From a virus (taxonomy: Duplodnaviria; Caudoviricetes), in IMG/VR virus record IMGVR_UViG_3300015608_002982, positions 1 to 64,000 of that record: a DNA stretch of 64,000 nt; one strand, 5' to 3'. A program made the position numbers and the translations under genes. The notes under the pieces are model-generated. The model saw only the letters and a list, made by a program, of their open reading frames with translations, searched no databases and was not told the DNA's origin. Positions 35,993 to 45,123 of the stretch are shown piece after piece; the first letter of the stretch is position 1, and each line of letters starts with the position of its first letter.

Positions 35993-36072
35993 ATAAAGTC
36001 TAATATTTATTGTATATATAAAATTTTGTCCTCTTCCTTTCATGTTAATCAAAAATATACTATATTTGTGTT

Positions 36073-36681
36073 ATGAAAAATATATGGTTCACAAGTGATA
36101 CTCACTATTCTCATTCCAACATAGCCGGTGAGTCTGTTTCTCGTTGGCAAAGAGGTTACAGAGATTTTAACTCTGTTCATGAAATGAATATGGCACTTGT
36201 TAATGGTATTAATAAATATGTAAAGGAAGATGATATTCTTTATCATCTTGGTGATTGGAGTTTTGGCGGAGTTCATAATATATTTCAATTTAGGAACCTC
36301 ATTATTTGTAAAAATGTACATTTAATTTTAGGTAACCATGATCAACATATTGTTGATAAAGAAATAAAATATCATGACACCTCATTTAACCCAATTGAAC
36401 TTTTTTCATCTGTTCAAGATGTTTTAACTTTGAATATAGGTAAGACAAGATTATTTCTTTCTCACTATTCACACCGAGTTTGGTTGGGTAGTCATAAAGG
36501 TGTTATACATCTTTATGGCCACTCACATGGTTCAATTCCTGATTATGGAAAGTCAATGGATGTTGGAGTTGATGTTGCTTTTAAGAAATTTGGTGAGTAT
36601 CGTCCATTTAACATTGGTGATATTACTAACATAATGTCTAAAAGAGATATAGAGAAGATAGACCATCACGGGGATTTGTAA
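36073..36681 (+). CDS. Calcineurin-like metallophosphoesterase
   Basis: SDTH, LGD, GNHD, HLYGHSH; TATATTTG at 36061. Confidence 0.9.
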   Translation: MKNIWFTSDTHYSHSNIAGESVSRWQRGYRDFNSVHEMNMALVNGINKYVKEDDILYHLGDWSFGGVHNIFQFRNLIICKNVHLILGNHDQHIVDKEIKYHDTSFNPIELFSSVQDVLTLNIGKTRLFLSHYSHRVWLGSHKGVIHLYGHSHGSIPDYGKSMDVGVDVAFKKFGEYRPFNIGDITNIMSKRDIEKIDHHGDL

Positions 36682-36848
36682 TGAAGTATTTACAAAATAG
36701 ATTAGCAGTATTAAAAATAATGCTTAACTCACATTATGGTGAAGGTAAAATTATTAGTAATGTTTATGAGGAAACTTATAAAATAAAAAAGAAGATTTTT
36801 GTTATAAAAAGCCGAAGAGAAAAAATAAAAAGAATATTCAATGACTGA
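36681..36848 (+). CDS. 55-aa ORF ending RREKIKRIFND (not in ORF track)
   Basis: Overlaps both neighbours; RxxKIxxIF motif. Confidence 0.55.
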   Translation: MKYLQNRLAVLKIMLNSHYGEGKIISNVYEETYKIKKKIFVIKSRREKIKRIFND

Positions 36849-37164
36849 TAGATTTGAATTGGGTGATAGAGTGGTTTGTATTAAAGAATATGAAACACTT
36901 AAAGTTGGTTCACACTACCGAGTTAATGGTAGTGGTGATTTGAGTTGGAATGCTGCTACTGATAAAAAGGGTTATGGATTTATGATTGAAGATCAAAATT
37001 ACCTATATGTTTTAGGGGTAAAAGATAGTTGGAAGCTACCATATGAAAAACAGATTAAATATTACTATTTCACCGAAAAAGAAATGGATGAATATTTTAT
37101 TACAGAACAAGAAGATTATAAAGCTTATTTAAGAGACCAAAAAATAAAACAAGTATTATCATGA
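36841..37164 (+). CDS. SH3/KOW-like hypothetical protein
   Basis: LGDRVVCIK; ends LRDQKIKQVLS. Confidence 0.55.
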   Translation: MTDRFELGDRVVCIKEYETLKVGSHYRVNGSGDLSWNAATDKKGYGFMIEDQNYLYVLGVKDSWKLPYEKQIKYYYFTEKEMDEYFITEQEDYKAYLRDQKIKQVLS

Positions 37165-38030
37165 GAGACGTGAAAGGATTTTTTAAGCTTATGGATATAA
37201 GTGTTCCTTCTTATGAACACTATGATTATTATGTAGAACAACTTTCAAAAACCGAAAAGTGGAAAAATATAAAAGAACTTATTAAGTTGTTTGAAGATGC
37301 TGAAGAAAAGTATGGCGATCTTTATGAATATAGGTTCAAAAAAGCCAATGAAATTATAGAGTATTTAAAAAATACAAGAGCTTATAATGAGCTTATCTAT
37401 GATAATTTAATTCCTGATTACCCTACAACTAAAAGCTTTGAGTATTCAGAGCATAAAAAGTATCTTTCTATTGATATTAGAAAAGCTAACTGGGTAGTCT
37501 TGAAAAAGTATGATCCTGAATTTGCACCAGAGTTAGGAAACTCATATGATGATTTTATTTCTAAATTTGATGTACCTGAAATATTCAACCATTCTAAACA
37601 GCTAAGGCAGTTTATTTTTGGTAATATCAATCCCAAAAGACAAGGCAAGGCTCAACGAGTTATTGTCCAAGATTTAATAGACCGATATGCTCATTTGAAC
37701 CTTGATATAGCATGTATTAAGAATGATGAAATTATTTATTCTTTTGATACACTTGACCAAATAACTGAAATACTAAATTCAGTTGATACAGAAAAGTTTA
37801 AAACTAAACTTTTTACTGTTAAAAGAATAGAAGATTTCCGAATTAATACATACCTATCTGAATCAGGAGAAGTTCTATACAGTGAAATGGTTGGATGCAA
37901 TGGCAACTTGTTTTTTCTTTACTTAAAGAAATACATACTAAACGAACCTTTAGATATTAGAGACTTGTATTTTAGAATGGATGGTAATCTTGCTATCTGG
38001 AGTGTAGAAGGATTAAAAGTTAGCTTATGA
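37161..38030 (+). CDS. Hypothetical protein, possible polymerase-palm-like fold
   Basis: LSIDIRKAN, RQFIFG, KNDEII. Confidence 0.4.
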   Translation: MRDVKGFFKLMDISVPSYEHYDYYVEQLSKTEKWKNIKELIKLFEDAEEKYGDLYEYRFKKANEIIEYLKNTRAYNELIYDNLIPDYPTTKSFEYSEHKKYLSIDIRKANWVVLKKYDPEFAPELGNSYDDFISKFDVPEIFNHSKQLRQFIFGNINPKRQGKAQRVIVQDLIDRYAHLNLDIACIKNDEIIYSFDTLDQITEILNSVDTEKFKTKLFTVKRIEDFRINTYLSESGEVLYSEMVGCNGNLFFLYLKKYILNEPLDIRDLYFRMDGNLAIWSVEGLKVSL

Positions 38031-38281
38031 TTAGGATAAATATTTATTATAAAGGACAGCTTTCTGATGGATTTAATATACATACTGGTAGCAAAATAAA
38101 CACCATTGATGATGCAAGGTATGTTGTTATATCACATCTTGATAAATTCTATTCTGATGTTAAGTATAAACTAAATTTATTTAGACCACATGATGGTCAA
38201 TCAGAAATAAACTTATACTTTGAAGATGATTTGGGTTTATCAAGAGAACTTAAACTAAGACAAATATTAGAAAATGATTGA
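38027..38281 (+). CDS. Hypothetical protein
   Basis: Ends SRELKLRQILEND. Confidence 0.55.
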   Translation: MIRINIYYKGQLSDGFNIHTGSKINTIDDARYVVISHLDKFYSDVKYKLNLFRPHDGQSEINLYFEDDLGLSRELKLRQILEND

Positions 38282-38900
38282 TATTTTTGATAAAAAGCCT
38301 ATTGATAAGACAAATGTAGTTTGTCACTCTGGTGGCGCACCAGGTGCTGATACTGTTTGGGAAACCGACGGTTCACTATTTAGTGTTTCTACCAGAGCTT
38401 ATTCATATAAGACTCCAAAACATCAATCAGTCAACAAAGTTGAGATATCTGATGAAGACTATAAGGAAGGTATAGTTGAAGTCAATAAGGCTAATAAATG
38501 GTTAAATAGATACGGGATTCATAAATATATGAATCTCTTAGCACGCAACTGGGCTCAAGTAAAATACTCAGAACAGATTTTTGCCATTGGTACTATCATC
38601 AAACCTGGTGACAAAAACACAAAAGGTTACTACAATAAGGGAAAATATGAAATAGTTGATGGTGGTACTGGTTACGCTGTTATGATGGGTATAAACAATA
38701 AACGTGATGTTTTTGTATTTGACCAAACTAAAGATAAGTGGTTTAGATGGTCATATTCAACAATGAGTTTTATTGAAATGAAAGATATTCCTGAAATAAC
38801 CACTCAGAATTTTGCTGGAATAGGAACCAGAGAAATTAAAGCTAATGGTGAAAAAGCCATTAGAGATGTATATGAAAAGACATTTAAAAATAAAATATAG
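38274..38900 (+). CDS. SLOG-superfamily protein
   Basis: HSGGAPGAD, LARN, GGTG, FAGIGTR. Confidence 0.7.
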   Translation: MIDIFDKKPIDKTNVVCHSGGAPGADTVWETDGSLFSVSTRAYSYKTPKHQSVNKVEISDEDYKEGIVEVNKANKWLNRYGIHKYMNLLARNWAQVKYSEQIFAIGTIIKPGDKNTKGYYNKGKYEIVDGGTGYAVMMGINNKRDVFVFDQTKDKWFRWSYSTMSFIEMKDIPEITTQNFAGIGTREIKANGEKAIRDVYEKTFKNKI

Positions 38901-38902
38901 AA

Positions 38903-39370
38903 ATGAAAACAATCCTAACAAAAGAGGGTAAAGTGAAAATTCAAGAAGAGTTGAATTTTCTTCTAACAATAGAAAAGAATAGAGTTATAACTGAACTTGC
39001 GGATGCTCGCGAGGCTGGACAACTTGAAGAAAATACTCAGTACTTAGTAGCTAAAGACGAGTATGAAAAGTTACAATCAAAAATTGAGAAACTGCAATCT
39101 GTTTTATCAAATGCTACAATAGTTGACTCAAATGACTTAACAACTGATAAGGTAATGATTCTATCAAAAGTTAGAGTATTAAATACTAACAATGGTAAAG
39201 AAATGACTTTTAGTATTGTTCCTGAAAATGAAATTGACTTAAAATCTTTTAAGATTTCACCAAATAGTCCGATTGGTTCTGGTCTAATGGGTAGAAAAGT
39301 TGATGAAGTTTGCCAAGTAAAAACACCAGCCGGTACATTTGAATTTAAAATTCTTGAAATATCATTATGA
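38903..39370 (+). CDS. greA: GreA/GreB family factor with atypical acidic tip
   Basis: LTKEG, AREAGQLEENTQY (canonical GDLSENAEY), ISPNSPIGSGLMG, TPAG. Confidence 0.85.
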   Translation: MKTILTKEGKVKIQEELNFLLTIEKNRVITELADAREAGQLEENTQYLVAKDEYEKLQSKIEKLQSVLSNATIVDSNDLTTDKVMILSKVRVLNTNNGKEMTFSIVPENEIDLKSFKISPNSPIGSGLMGRKVDEVCQVKTPAGTFEFKILEISL

Positions 39371-39774
39371 AAAAATTAATTAGTTTTGACTTTGATGGTA
39401 CTTTAGTTGATGAGTTTGGAGGACACCCAATGAATAGTCAAAAAGATGAAATCCAATCACTTGCTAAAAAGTATATTAGTCAAGGTCATGAAGTTATAAT
39501 CGTTACAAAAAGGTATGGTCCTGAAAATCCACACCTTGGTCTTAAAAACGAGCATGTAGAAGTATATGAATTAGCTAAGAAATTAGGAATACAAAGAGTC
39601 TATTTTACAAATAGAGAATGGAAGTTTGGATATCTAATGAACTTAGGAGTTAATATGCATTTTGAAAACTCTGATAGTGAGATTGATTACATGAATAGAG
39701 CATTTGAAGAACAAAATTACAAGTGCTTAGTTGTTCCTGTAGAAGATCCATATTGGAGAGATTTAGTTTATTAA
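39367..39774 (+). CDS. HAD-superfamily hydrolase
   Basis: SFDFDGTL motif I, VTKR. Confidence 0.75.
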   Translation: MKKLISFDFDGTLVDEFGGHPMNSQKDEIQSLAKKYISQGHEVIIVTKRYGPENPHLGLKNEHVEVYELAKKLGIQRVYFTNREWKFGYLMNLGVNMHFENSDSEIDYMNRAFEEQNYKCLVVPVEDPYWRDLVY

Positions 39775-39786
39775 AATAAGTTTACT

Positions 39787-40182
39787 ATGATAAAGATGCC
39801 AGATAAGATTTATGTTGATAAATCACCAATACACGGCTGGGGTGTTTTTGCCAAGGAAAAAATACTAAAAGACGAAATAATTGAAGAGTGTCCTATTCTT
39901 ACCTTACCAATTAAAAAAGATGAGAGTACTTCTCTTCTAATTGACTATAGGTTTAATTTTCCAACTGGTACACAAGATTGGACTGAACAAGTTATTCCTT
40001 TTGGTTATGGTTGTCTTTATAATCACTCAAATCAACCAAATGCTTATTGGTGTTCTATTGGTGTTAAGAGAACATTTATTTTTGTCGCTTTAAGAGATAT
40101 AGAACCTGGTGAGGAAATATTTACCTATTACGGTGATGATAACTATTGGAATGATGGTAGAACACATACTGAAGTAAAATGA
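39787..40182 (+). CDS. SET-domain protein lysine methyltransferase
   Basis: HGWGVFA, YNHSNQPN, ALRDIEPGEEIFTYYG. Confidence 0.92.
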   Translation: MIKMPDKIYVDKSPIHGWGVFAKEKILKDEIIEECPILTLPIKKDESTSLLIDYRFNFPTGTQDWTEQVIPFGYGCLYNHSNQPNAYWCSIGVKRTFIFVALRDIEPGEEIFTYYGDDNYWNDGRTHTEVK

Positions 40183-40550
40183 CAAAAGAAGATTTTATAG
40201 AATTTATAAAAGAGTTAGGTTTTACTCAAACTTGGAGGTCAGAGGGTAATTCCTTTTCTATGGCAACTGATGTAGTTGGACTACCAAACTCAAACTATGC
40301 AGCTTTTGCTGACCAGTTAAATATAACTATAAGTGATGATCATGATTTGTTTCAATTATCACTTTCACAAATGAGTTCACACATGATGGGTGGTAAAAAC
40401 TTTGGTAAATTTAGTTTGAAGACATTTGGTGAAAAAAACGACTTTCAAATAGAGATATTTATGAGTTTTATTAAAGGCTCATTTAAAAAGGCACCTGATA
40501 GTATTATTCAGTTTATGAGAGATAGAAAAATCTCCGATATTTTAAAATAA
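40179..40550 (+). CDS. Hypothetical protein
   Basis: Ends MRDRKISDILK. Confidence 0.55.
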   Translation: MTKEDFIEFIKELGFTQTWRSEGNSFSMATDVVGLPNSNYAAFADQLNITISDDHDLFQLSLSQMSSHMMGGKNFGKFSLKTFGEKNDFQIEIFMSFIKGSFKKAPDSIIQFMRDRKISDILK

Positions 40551-40562
40551 TTTCATATATTT

Positions 40563-40946
40563 GTGACTATGAATGAAGGCGATGTAGTTATAGAAATGAC
40601 ACCGTTTATATTTGAAGATGGTAATACCTACTACTTTCAGATATTAAAGCGTAGTCACTCTAATGATTATCATGATATTTATGTATATGAGAAGATTAGA
40701 GAAGAAAAAAGCTTTTTTGGTATAAAAAGAGTTAATGAGTATTTTAAACAGATTAATAAAAGTCCAGAATTGGTATCAGTTGATTTAAATACTGATAAAA
40801 TTAAAAGAGATATCAAAAAAATATTGATAGCAACAAAAGCTTTTCACCAATTGAAAAATTGGGATGGTTTTGTTGGTGATATACCTAGTGATGTAAAAGT
40901 GGCTCTTAAACGAGAGAACTCTTTGAAAAACATTTTAGGTGAGTAA
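40563..40946 (+). CDS. Hypothetical protein
   Basis: Ends KRENSLKNILGE; TATATTTG at 40556. Confidence 0.55.
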   Translation: MTMNEGDVVIEMTPFIFEDGNTYYFQILKRSHSNDYHDIYVYEKIREEKSFFGIKRVNEYFKQINKSPELVSVDLNTDKIKRDIKKILIATKAFHQLKNWDGFVGDIPSDVKVALKRENSLKNILGE

Positions 40947-40956
40947 TATATACATT

Positions 40957-41442
40957 ATGATTAAATTTAGTGAAATGGTTAGTGAAAATGTAAGTGATAA
41001 ATCTAATTTTAAGTTAGGATTAGATGTACATGGTGTTGTTGATGCTCTTCCTGAGTTCTTTGCTTTTTTAGCAGACTCATTTATTAAAAATGGAGGAGAA
41101 GTACATATTTTAACAGGTGGACATTGGAATGAAGAATTTGAGAATCAACTAAAGTCTTTAGGTATTAAATGGACTCATAAGTTCTCAGTCTATGATTACT
41201 TGATTGAAAAAGAAACCGGAATAGTTGGTGAAATAGAATTTCCAGATGGAACTATTCAAAAGAAGTTTGAAGATGGTGCTTGGGATAAAGTAAAAGCAGA
41301 ATATTGTAGACAGAATAATATATCACTTCATATTGATGATACTCTTATCTATAATGATTTCTTTACAACACCATTTGCTAGATTGTGGTCACACAATCAA
41401 AAACCTAAAGCATCTCATAAAGATGTTAGACATTTAGACTAA
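40957..41442 (+). CDS. HAD-like hydrolase with CTS-like N-terminus
   Basis: MIKFSEMVSE after AATATATA; LGLDVHGV, LTG, HIDD. Confidence 0.65.
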   Translation: MIKFSEMVSENVSDKSNFKLGLDVHGVVDALPEFFAFLADSFIKNGGEVHILTGGHWNEEFENQLKSLGIKWTHKFSVYDYLIEKETGIVGEIEFPDGTIQKKFEDGAWDKVKAEYCRQNNISLHIDDTLIYNDFFTTPFARLWSHNQKPKASHKDVRHLD

Positions 41443-41921
41443 TGATTAATAAGATTAATAAATTTTTTGAATTTAACCCTTACGAAAGCAAAATGAAACA
41501 ATCAGCTGGTGTTATAATTATTTTAAATAATGAAAAAATATTAATTTGTCATCCATCAAATGCTAAGTGGATGGCATCATATTCATTTCCAAAGGGCGGA
41601 ATTGATGAAGGTGAAACTATTAAGCAAGCTGCTATAAGAGAGTTGTTTGAAGAAACATCAGTCCTTGTTGACGAATCTAAAATATCAAAAGAGCCTTTAG
41701 TTCTTGATTACATGAACTACAAGAAAAAAGATTTAGTTTATAAAAGAATATACCTTTACACTATGTATATTAATGATGTTTCTGAAATTGGATTAGACTC
41801 TGAGGTAATTCCTAAAGAAAAACTGCAATTAGAAGAAATTGACTGGGCTGGTTTTGTAACTAAGGAAGAAGCTAGAGTTAGACTTTTTCATAAGAGTGTT
41901 CCTATACTTGATAAGATTTAA
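41442..41921 (+). CDS. NUDIX hydrolase
   Basis: PKGGIDEGETIKQAAIRELFEET. Confidence 0.92.
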   Translation: MINKINKFFEFNPYESKMKQSAGVIIILNNEKILICHPSNAKWMASYSFPKGGIDEGETIKQAAIRELFEETSVLVDESKISKEPLVLDYMNYKKKDLVYKRIYLYTMYINDVSEIGLDSEVIPKEKLQLEEIDWAGFVTKEEARVRLFHKSVPILDKI

Positions 41922-41966
41922 ACAAATCTTAGTTATTTTGGTATAACTAAAAAATAAAATTTAGTT

Positions 41967-42395
41967 ATGCCTTTGCCATATTTTAATAATCCTAATAATG
42001 TTAATTTAAATTCTGCTATTAATTCTATTCCTTTTGCTATGAATTATCAGGTAGAAGAAAAAATTGAACTTGATTTAAATAATCCTATATTTGTAGCTTA
42101 TGTAAATACAAATGGTCATAGTAGACAAGCCGCAGAAGAACATTTACATAGTGTGAAAAAAATGTTTAGTGTTTATAAGAATATAACTGTTTGGGTTATA
42201 GCTTCTAATGAAACTAGAATTGAGTGCGTTTATGATGGTCAATGTAGAACTCGTGATATGGAAATAAGTGACCTAATAAAAGAAATAAATACAAGGATAG
42301 ATATAATGTCTAGATCAAACTCTTTTGACGATTTCAAAATTAACATTAGAGATTGGCGAATAAATGAACTTGTAAATGGCTCACAGGAAAAGTAA
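41967..42395 (+). CDS. Hypothetical protein
   Basis: Ends IRDWRINELV. Confidence 0.55.
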   Translation: MPLPYFNNPNNVNLNSAINSIPFAMNYQVEEKIELDLNNPIFVAYVNTNGHSRQAAEEHLHSVKKMFSVYKNITVWVIASNETRIECVYDGQCRTRDMEISDLIKEINTRIDIMSRSNSFDDFKINIRDWRINELVNGSQEK

Positions 42396-42753
42396 AATAG
42401 AAATACTTGATAAAATAATAACAAAACAAGAAATTCAGGAAGGTCTTGAATATGGTTGTTGGTGGGATTATGATGATTGGGACTATCATGATGATTATTG
42501 TGACTGTTATGCTTGTATGCCAATTGACTACGAATACTTACCTGATGAATTTCAACCTAAGTCAATTACACATATAAGCAAAAGAGGCATTAGAATAACT
42601 GAACACACATTTTCACCGGGGAAGCTTATAGATATGACTTCTATTTATTCTAAGGAAGTTTTAAGACAAAAAAGAATTAACCATATTTTAGGCATAGAAT
42701 TAATGGAAAATTCTCGTCCAACTTTAGCTGATATTTTGAATATTAAAAAATAA
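42376..42753 (+). CDS. Hypothetical protein with W/D/Y-rich and CxCxxC segment
   Basis: WWDYDDWDYHDDYCDCYAC; LRQKRINHIL. Confidence 0.55.
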   Translation: MAHRKSKIEILDKIITKQEIQEGLEYGCWWDYDDWDYHDDYCDCYACMPIDYEYLPDEFQPKSITHISKRGIRITEHTFSPGKLIDMTSIYSKEVLRQKRINHILGIELMENSRPTLADILNIKK

Positions 42754-42765
42754 TTCGTATCTTTG
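42735..42765 (+). promoter_or_regulatory. Bacteroidota sigma-A-type promoter
   Basis: TTTG - 19 nt - TATCTTTG. Confidence 0.75.
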
Positions 42766-42784
42766 TATAACAAACATAAAAGAT

Positions 42785-42925
42785 ATGGATACAACAACTG
42801 TAGTTTCGGATGTTCTTGATAAACAAGATTTAGATGTTAATTTGGTTGGTGATTTTCTTCAGATGGCTGAAGATTATAAGTATCAAGTCTTAATGGATGA
42901 ACTCAACGCTGAGTTAAATTCTTAA
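42785..42925 (+). CDS. 46-aa acidic protein (MDTTTVVSDVLDKQDLDVNLVGDFLQMAEDYKYQVLMDELNAELNS)
   Basis: Has its own host-type promoter; hand-translated. Confidence 0.65.
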   Translation: MDTTTVVSDVLDKQDLDVNLVGDFLQMAEDYKYQVLMDELNAELNS

Positions 42926-43760
42926 AATTAGGATATTTATTATTCCACTTTTCTATATCTTTAATTAATTCTTCTATAGAAATTGAGTTTTTAGTACCTT
43001 TAGATGAATTTTTTGTCTGTTGTATCAATTGACAATTAGCTGGGTGTGATATTATACTTGGATCTATTTTATTTTCAAATCCATATTTAACTGATACTTT
43101 GTGGTCCCTACTCACCCCAATTGGATTATCACCATTATTTTTTGCTTTATACCACCCAAAGGACTCTATTAGAGTAAAATCAAATTCTTCTTTGAAGTCA
43201 TTTAAATTGAAATTAAATGAACACATTTCTCTATAGTCTTGATAATTTTTATCTATATCTTTTGTTTTAATTTTTCTTTTTCCAGAAATTAAACTATATT
43301 GATAAGCTTCTTTTAGGCTTCTAAATTTTATCTTACCTTCTTTCTGAGCTTTTAATATTTTTTGAGGTGTAATTTTAAATTCATTAATAATATCTTTATA
43401 TGTTTTACCCGAATCATATTCATCTTGTAATTTACTCCAATTTATTGTCTCACTTTCTTTGTGTTTATAATTTGTTGAGACTTTTATATTTAATCTATTC
43501 ATTTTCTTTCTTACAGAATCAATTGATCTATTTAGTTCCTTTGAAATTTCAATTATATTTAATTTATCTTTTGTCATACTTATTAATTTAACTTCCTCAT
43601 CTTTTGTCCAAAATAAATTTCTACCATTATACTTATTCATTCTTTTTAATTTTTTGTATATTGATAGTTCACTTTTATTTAACTTTATTGACATTTCTTT
43701 TAGAGAAATATTTGAGTCATAGAGTAAAACTAAATTATTAACTTCTTCTTCTTTCCACAT
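42903..43760 (-). CDS. HNH homing endonuclease with Myb-like/HTH repeats
   Basis: MWKEEE, FWTKDEE; SRDHKV..HPANCQLI..NSSK. Confidence 0.75.
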   Translation of the reverse strand: MWKEEEVNNLVLLYDSNISLKEMSIKLNKSELSIYKKLKRMNKYNGRNLFWTKDEEVKLISMTKDKLNIIEISKELNRSIDSVRKKMNRLNIKVSTNYKHKESETINWSKLQDEYDSGKTYKDIINEFKITPQKILKAQKEGKIKFRSLKEAYQYSLISGKRKIKTKDIDKNYQDYREMCSFNFNLNDFKEEFDFTLIESFGWYKAKNNGDNPIGVSRDHKVSVKYGFENKIDPSIISHPANCQLIQQTKNSSKGTKNSISIEELIKDIEKWNNKYPNFKNLTQR

Positions 43761-43840
43761 ATAAGTATATATTAAAAATATACTCCTACATTTGACCATT
43801 AGGACATTTTTAACTATTTTTGTAAAAAATAAAAAATAAT

Positions 43841-44437
43841 ATGGCAAAGGTTCATACCAATTTTCTAACTACAGATGAACTAAAATCTGAATTTCGTGAT
43901 TATAAGTTGAAGGTTTTAAGTGGTGAGATTAAATTTACACCTTTAAATTATCCTTTAGATAGTGTTTATTTATCCTCTAAAAAGCATAAAGATTTACTTT
44001 ACTTTATTTCAGACACATTTCCTAACGATATTGTTAGTGGCTCATTAGCTTTAAGCTTGTTTGGTCTTTTGCATAGACAAACAAATGATATTGATATTAT
44101 CATTGATGATAGAAATCGTTATGATAAGTATGATAAAGATGGATATGCTGATGATGAATTCTCAACACCTAATAGATTAGGTTATAGAGAGTTCAAGTAT
44201 AAAAAAGGTATTTTTACTTCTGAAAAAGAATACATTGTTGATTTCTTTGAGAATGTTGGTGCCTCTTTTATCACAATTGATTTTGGTAGTAGGAAAATCA
44301 AAGTTCATAATCCTTTAGAAATTATGGATTATAAATTAAATATGGCTATCAACTCTAAAGTTATTAGATCTACTTCTCGAAAACATAATGAAGATTTGAC
44401 TCAAATTTTTGGTCAAGCTCCTTGGCAAGTTAAATAG
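43841..44437 (+). CDS. Pol-beta-type nucleotidyltransferase-like protein
   Basis: VSGSLAL..TNDIDII..VDFF; KHNED. Confidence 0.65.
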   Translation: MAKVHTNFLTTDELKSEFRDYKLKVLSGEIKFTPLNYPLDSVYLSSKKHKDLLYFISDTFPNDIVSGSLALSLFGLLHRQTNDIDIIIDDRNRYDKYDKDGYADDEFSTPNRLGYREFKYKKGIFTSEKEYIVDFFENVGASFITIDFGSRKIKVHNPLEIMDYKLNMAINSKVIRSTSRKHNEDLTQIFGQAPWQVK

Positions 44438-44456
44438 TTTTTCTTATCTTTGTGTT

Positions 44457-45092
44457 ATGGCAAAGTACCTCAACTATCGTTATATTTTTCCTCCAAGACC
44501 TAAGAACGCAATTCCCGATACGGAATTAAACTTCTGGGATAATGGTTCGTTGATTGCTCAACCAAAACTTAATGGTTCAAATTGTGTTATCTTTACAAAT
44601 GGTGTAAAGACAATTGTTATGAATCGTCATAATCAAAAACTTACTAATTTCAATATATCTGATAATGAAATCAAAGACATTTATCGTGGAAATGGTTGGA
44701 TGATTTTGAATGGTGAGTATATGAATAAGTCTAAATCGGACGAAAACTCTCAAGTATTTAATCATAAGTTTGTAATCTTTGATATTCTTGCCTTTGATGG
44801 TGAATATCTTGTTGGTAAAACATTTGAAGAAAGAATTAAACTACTTGATGAATTATATGGTCAAGTAGATTCTGAAAAAGAATACCTTTTCAAAGTAACT
44901 GAAAATGTTTATCGTGTAAAATCTTATTTAGCAAATTTCAAAAATATTTTTGATAGACTAACTCCAATTGATATGATTGAGGGTTTAGTTATGAAACGTA
45001 AGAACGCACGTTTAGAATTGGGTACTTCTGAGAATAATAATACTAAAAGTCAGTTGAAATGTCGTAAGGCAACCAAAAACTACAAGTATTAA
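44457..45092 (+). CDS. ATP-dependent ligase, adenylation domain only
   Basis: AQPKLNGSN, ILNGEY, FVIFDIL, IEGLVMK, QLKCR; TATCTTTG at 44445. Confidence 0.75.
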   Translation: MAKYLNYRYIFPPRPKNAIPDTELNFWDNGSLIAQPKLNGSNCVIFTNGVKTIVMNRHNQKLTNFNISDNEIKDIYRGNGWMILNGEYMNKSKSDENSQVFNHKFVIFDILAFDGEYLVGKTFEERIKLLDELYGQVDSEKEYLFKVTENVYRVKSYLANFKNIFDRLTPIDMIEGLVMKRKNARLELGTSENNNTKSQLKCRKATKNYKY

Positions 45093-45123
45093 TTTAATAT
45101 ATAAGAAAAACAATTAAATTAAC

